Assembly: GCA_035362275.1 (NCBI GenBank)
Contig: DAOSDI010000002.1
Coordinates: 2,232 to 66,231 of the forward strand
DNA: 64,000 bases
From: Candidatus Pacearchaeota archaeon
GTDB taxonomy: Bacteria > Patescibacteriota > Minisyncoccia > Minisyncoccales > UBA5738
Direction of reading: 5' to 3'
This document shows, piece after piece, positions 60,599 through 64,000 of the stretch. The position numbers and the translations under genes were made by a program. Each line of letters starts with the position of its first letter. Positions within the stretch are counted from its first letter, which is position 1. The notes under the pieces were generated by a model. The model was not told the origin of the DNA. It saw only the letters and a list, made by a program, of their open reading frames with translations, and did not search any database.

Positions 60599-60727
60599 TT
60601 ATGTTGGATTGCCGTAGCATTCATCAATTGCTAAATCTTGCTTCTGCTTTTCTGAAAGTTGTGTTTCGTCAATTTCCAATCCGTTCCATATCCCTCCGCC
60701 AACAAATTGCAAAAGATTTTCCGCCAT
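60599..60727 (-). CDS. Candidate small ORF (42 aa) between iorA and iorB
   Basis: Not in the ORF track. MAENLLQFVGGGIWNGLEIDETQLSEKQKQDLAIDECYGNPT, with an AAGAGGT SD 7 nt upstream and a terminator-like hairpin downstream. Confidence 0.3.
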   Translation of the reverse strand: MAENLLQFVGGGIWNGLEIDETQLSEKQKQDLAIDECYGNPT

Positions 60728-60933
60728 TACATTACCTCTTATTTATTTTAAGAACTATTTCTTATTTCTTACCGTTGTTTCGGCGCTGTTCCCTGCCCGC
60801 TCCGAGCGGGTGTTGCCTTTCCTTGGCCGGCGGACGCTCTCCGGCTAAAACTCTCTTTTTTCGCTCCATACTTTTTAATATAATTTTATTGAAAAAATGT
60901 AAAGAGATAAAAGGGTAACTACTCGCTGGTCCC

Positions 60934-61045
60934 AAAATTAAAAGGGTCTAACCCTCGCATTAACGAGGGATAGACCCTTTTAATTTTGAATTCGGATTCT
61001 CTGGAAGGGTCTAACCCTTTTGATTACAAAAGGGTTAGACCCTTA
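60934..61045 (+). repeat. Composite two-hairpin repeat element (GGGTCTAACCC family), full copy
   Basis: AAAATTAAAAGGGTCTAACCCTCGCATTAACGAGGGATAGACCCTTTTAATTTTGAATTCGGATTCTCTGGAAGGGTCTAACCCTTTTGATTACAAAAGGGTTAGACCCTTAA. Hairpin 1 is the reverse complement of hairpin 1 at 5696-5737. Confidence 0.8.
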
Positions 61046-61065
61046 ACACAAACACGGATGCGAAG

Positions 61066-62736
61066 CTATTCCTTTTTGGCCACAAATTTGCACGGGCGGC
61101 GGGCGATGATCACGCTCACTTCGGGCTTGTCAACAAATTCGCGCACCGCAGCGATGAACTCTTCGGATTGGCCCTGGTCAATGATTTTCATATTTTCCGG
61201 CTTGACCCCGCAGGCCAGCACCATATTTTCAATCGGAATCGGATGAACCGCGCCGACAGAATCCGGATGCGGCTGATGGCCGGTCATCGCGGTGATGTCA
61301 TTATTCATAATGATGATCAAAGGGTTGGAGCCGTTATAAACCGCGTTGAGCAATCCCTCAATTCCCGAATGGAAAAATGTGGCATCGCCGATGAAGGCAA
61401 TCACTTTTTGGTCCGCGGCGGCTTTTTTAATCCCGTGAGCGATGCCGATTGACGACCCCATGCAAAACATATAATCATAGAGCTCGTGCGGCGGCAGGGC
61501 GCCGATCATATAACAGCCGATATCGCCGCCAAAAACCACCTTGCTGGCATCCACCGCCTTTTTCACCGCGGCAAACACCAGCCAATACGGGCATCCCGGG
61601 CACAATTGCGGCGGTCGCGCCGGCAGTTCAAATTTGGGCGCGAATTTGGGCAGAGTGTATTTTTTGCCCGTGAATTTGGCAACCATTTCGGCCGCGATCT
61701 CCGGCTTCATCTCGCCGATCTGCGTGCGCCAATCAACCCCGCGGATCTCCAATTTGCAATTGGCATCCTTGGCCAGCATCTGGATCCTCTTTTCCAAATA
61801 GGGTTCCATTTCTTCCAGCACCAAAACCTTTTTCAATCCCTTGATGAAATCACGGATCTTTTTTTCCGGCAGAGGATGGAACATCCCCAATTTCAGCACC
61901 GGCAAAACAACGCCCAATTCTTCCATCGCCTCCTGCGCGTGCAAATAAGCGATACCGGAAGTGATTATTCCCAACGGCTGATTTTTACCTTTAATAACGC
62001 CTTCAACGCGGTTTAATTTGCTTTTTTCAAAATACTGCGCCAATTTTTCTTCGCGGGCCAGCATTTCTTTTTTCATTCCGTTCAGGCGCGGCATCATGGT
62101 CACATATTTGCGCTTGTCTTTGATAAATTCGCCTTTCAGGTTGACATTGCGGTCGGGAGCCAATTCGCCCAAAGCCACCAAGGCCCGCTGGTGCGCGGTG
62201 CGCGTGGTGATGCGCACGATTACCGGCGTCCCGAATTTTTCCGAAATGGCAAACGCCTCAATCGTGAAATCTTTGCACTCCTGCGCGTCGCTTGGCTCCA
62301 GCATCGGCAGATGCCCCAACACCGAAAACGGCCGGGTGTTTTCCTCACTTTGCGCCGAACTGTGGCACCCCGGGTCATCCGCCACGAAAATCACCATCGG
62401 GGCGCGCGTGCCGGTATAGGCCAGCGGTAAGAGCGGTTCCAGAGCAACATTTAAGCCGAAATTTTTCATCGCCACCAAGGTTTTTAATCCCGAAAAATTC
62501 GCGCCGATGGCCGCTTCCATCGCGGTTTTTTCATTGGTGGAAAATTCAAACAAAAACTTGGGATCGCCCTTCAACTCTTTTTGCAAGGCGAAAAAATTGT
62601 TGCCGATCTCCGAAGCGGGCGTTCCCGGATAGGTGGAAACGAATTGCACCCCGGATTCCAGCGCCCCGCGAATAATCGCCTCGTTCCCCAAAAACATCGC
62701 TCTCTTCCCCTTTGAATCTTCAAGTAATTTATTCAT
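61066..62736 (-). CDS. iorA: Indolepyruvate:ferredoxin oxidoreductase alpha subunit (TPP-binding), lacking a C-terminal ferredoxin domain
   Basis: FVSTYPGTPASEI, GDIGCYMIG and IAFIGDATFFHSG (TPP motif). The protein ends ...ARRPCKFVAKKE with no CxxCxxCxxxC cluster motifs. Confidence 0.75.
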   Translation of the reverse strand: MNKLLEDSKGKRAMFLGNEAIIRGALESGVQFVSTYPGTPASEIGNNFFALQKELKGDPKFLFEFSTNEKTAMEAAIGANFSGLKTLVAMKNFGLNVALEPLLPLAYTGTRAPMVIFVADDPGCHSSAQSEENTRPFSVLGHLPMLEPSDAQECKDFTIEAFAISEKFGTPVIVRITTRTAHQRALVALGELAPDRNVNLKGEFIKDKRKYVTMMPRLNGMKKEMLAREEKLAQYFEKSKLNRVEGVIKGKNQPLGIITSGIAYLHAQEAMEELGVVLPVLKLGMFHPLPEKKIRDFIKGLKKVLVLEEMEPYLEKRIQMLAKDANCKLEIRGVDWRTQIGEMKPEIAAEMVAKFTGKKYTLPKFAPKFELPARPPQLCPGCPYWLVFAAVKKAVDASKVVFGGDIGCYMIGALPPHELYDYMFCMGSSIGIAHGIKKAAADQKVIAFIGDATFFHSGIEGLLNAVYNGSNPLIIIMNNDITAMTGHQPHPDSVGAVHPIPIENMVLACGVKPENMKIIDQGQSEEFIAAVREFVDKPEVSVIIARRPCKFVAKKE

Positions 62737-62789
62737 ATTGAAAAATTTAAAGTTTAAATATCAAAAATCAAAATGACAATGTAAAATTT

Positions 62790-62829
62790 AAAATGACAGT
62801 TCAATTTTAACATTTTGAACTGCCATTTT
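62790..62829 (-). terminator. Terminator hairpin after hicA
   Basis: The minus strand reads AAAATGGCAGTTCAA-AATGTTAAAA-TTGAACTGTCATTTT followed by AAATTTT. The stem is 15 bp with one mismatch. Confidence 0.5.
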
Positions 62830-62846
62830 CCATAAAATATTATAAA

Positions 62847-63074
62847 TCAAAGATATTTGACGAATTCATCCACGGTCATGTCAAGCTGCCTGACGATAGC
62901 GCGCAAAGTGCCTTTGGCTAAATCTTTATGATGCAACGGAATCACCGGCTGGTGTATCGCGTCGCCATCGCGCACCATAATCAAATGGCTGCCTCTTTGA
63001 TGATGCTTTCTAAATCCCAATTTCTCCAAAACCGCCACAACCTCTTTTGGTTTTAAAACCGGAAGTTGCGTCAT
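62847..63074 (-). CDS. hicA: HicA-family toxin (mRNA interferase)
   Basis: LKPKEVVAVLEKLGFRKHHQRGSHLIMVRDG...VIPLHHKDLAKGTLRAIVRQLDM. Confidence 0.85.
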   Translation of the reverse strand: MTQLPVLKPKEVVAVLEKLGFRKHHQRGSHLIMVRDGDAIHQPVIPLHHKDLAKGTLRAIVRQLDMTVDEFVKYL

Positions 63075-63077
63075 ATT

Positions 63078-63350
63078 TTAAGCCGGGCAATAATTTACTT
63101 CTACGCTCACTTTGCTTTTTAAAAAATTGGGATCGACATCTTCCGGAAAAGCGATTTTTCTCTCGGCCAAAGTTTCCAAATATAATTCTATCGCTTCGCG
63201 CGCGTTCTTTTTGGCCTCGGCCAAATTTTTGCCCTGGGTAACGCAACCCGGTAATGCCGGAACCTCAATCACAAAATCGCCAGTTTCCTCATCGGGAGTA
63301 AATAGAACAGTATATTCCATTATGTGCTTTTTTTTCAGTTGTTTCGTCAT
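63078..63350 (-). CDS. hicB: HicB-family antitoxin
   Basis: MEYTVLFTPDEETGDFVIEVPALPGCVTQGKNLAEAKKNAREAIELYLE. The start is either the ATG at 63350 or the ATG at 63320. Confidence 0.8.
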   Translation of the reverse strand: MTKQLKKKHIMEYTVLFTPDEETGDFVIEVPALPGCVTQGKNLAEAKKNAREAIELYLETLAERKIAFPEDVDPNFLKSKVSVEVNYCPA

Positions 63351-63412
63351 GGTTTTATAATACTTTCGATACTTGATTTGTCAAATTTTTTGTGTTATTC
63401 CATCGCTGAACG

Positions 63413-64000
63413 CTAACCATTCTTTTTCATAAAATAATCAACCAAACTGCCAAAAGAATCACAGGTTCTTGGATTGCCTTTGGGCTTTCCAAAGCCATAA
63501 GAAACATAAATAAAATCCATTCCCGCCAACCGCACCGCTTCCTCATCGGATGCCGTATCGCCGACATAGACCGGATTTTTCAAATAAAAATTCTTTTCCA
63601 TCTTTGCCAGCATTTCATTCTTTGGCAATCCCGACATGCCGTTGCAGTCAAATCCCGCAACAAACGGCCTTAAACCGGAAAAATCCAAGAAAAGATCCAA
63701 ATACCATCTGGCGCAATTGCTGACAATAAATACTTTATATGACTTTGCCAGATTCTTTATGCCTTCAATAACACCATCATAAAAAATCCCGCCGTTAATC
63801 TTAATAGCTTCATTTTCGCAAGCATCAAGAACTTCAAATAAATTAGGATGGGTTTCCTGCAATCCGGGTAAAATAATTTCTATACATTTTTTGTAAGGGT
63901 TTCCCGCCACGCTTTCCAAATCATGGAAAGTAACCACTCTCTTAATGCCTATTTTCTTTAGTCCGTAATTCCAACCACTGGCACTAGCTAAACAAGCATT
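63413..64000 (-). CDS. HAD-superfamily hydrolase (phosphoglycolate-phosphatase-like), N-terminus beyond the right window edge
   Basis: VYVGDTASDEEAVRLAGMDFIYVSYGFG (HAD motifs III/IV) and IVSNCAR (motif II). The ORF-track start at 63937 is GTG, and the frame stays open to position 64000 (...NACLASASGWNYGLKKIGIKRVVTFHD), so the DxDGT motif is probably off-window. Confidence 0.7.
   Translation of the reverse strand, partial: NACLASASGWNYGLKKIGIKRVVTFHDLESVAGNPYKKCIEIILPGLQETHPNLFEVLDACENEAIKINGGIFYDGVIEGIKNLAKSYKVFIVSNCARWYLDLFLDFSGLRPFVAGFDCNGMSGLPKNEMLAKMEKNFYLKNPVYVGDTASDEEAVRLAGMDFIYVSYGFGKPKGNPRTCDSFGSLVDYFMKKNG

Noticed and set aside
5690-61045. Whether the many short palindromic repeats constitute a CRISPR array
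   Set aside because: There is no series of regularly spaced identical direct repeats with unique spacers anywhere in the window. The repeats are dispersed, mostly single or dimeric, and self-complementary. No cas genes are present.

Overview
This 64-kb window is densely coded, almost entirely on the minus strand. The gene content looks like a small-genome Patescibacteria/CPR-type bacterium; that placement is inference only, since I could run no searches. All product calls come from motifs I recognise in the supplied translations.

Recognisable core genes:
- Proteostasis: clpB and htrA.
- Class III ribonucleotide reductase: nrdD and nrdG.
- Division: ftsZ, ftsA and ybeY.
- Translation and secretion: rpsU, hisS, lepB, pth, tsaD and tRNA-Leu(CAA).
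- Competence: comEC and dprA.
- topA, plus an envelope-precursor cluster (sugar kinase, GlmU-like, YvcK-like, murA).
- iorA and iorB.

Accessory content:
- A partial RAYT/IS200-type transposase.
- Two HicAB modules and one MazEF-like module.
- A SWIM zinc-finger protein.
- Three COG1373 AAA+ ATPases.
- A T5orf172/GIY-YIG protein.
- A roughly 10-kb island of paralogous membrane-anchored proteins.

The most unusual aspect is the non-coding layer. At least six families of structured palindromic repeats populate the intergenic regions:
- GTAG-headed REP-like hairpins lie next to the RAYT, and identical 49-bp double hairpins bracket htrA and precede clpB.
- A palindrome dimer is inserted in frame into tsaD and nrdG.
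- A 160-nt hairpin element has a conserved core, differing stems and, in one copy, a 5-bp target-site duplication.
- A composite two-hairpin element is present (GGGTCTAACCC family).
- Two further families abut stop or start codons.

Other notable points:
- FtsZ ends at its globular core with no C-terminal tail.
- MurA carries Asp at the fosfomycin-target Cys position.
- A protease paralog after clpB has lost all three catalytic residues.
- A CCA-enzyme-like nucleotidyltransferase gene sits between nrdD and nrdG.
- An AAA ATPase followed by an anchored protein occurs twice as a two-gene module.

Many ORF-track starts are TTG or GTG, so I moved several to the nearest plausible ATG and say so in the evidence.
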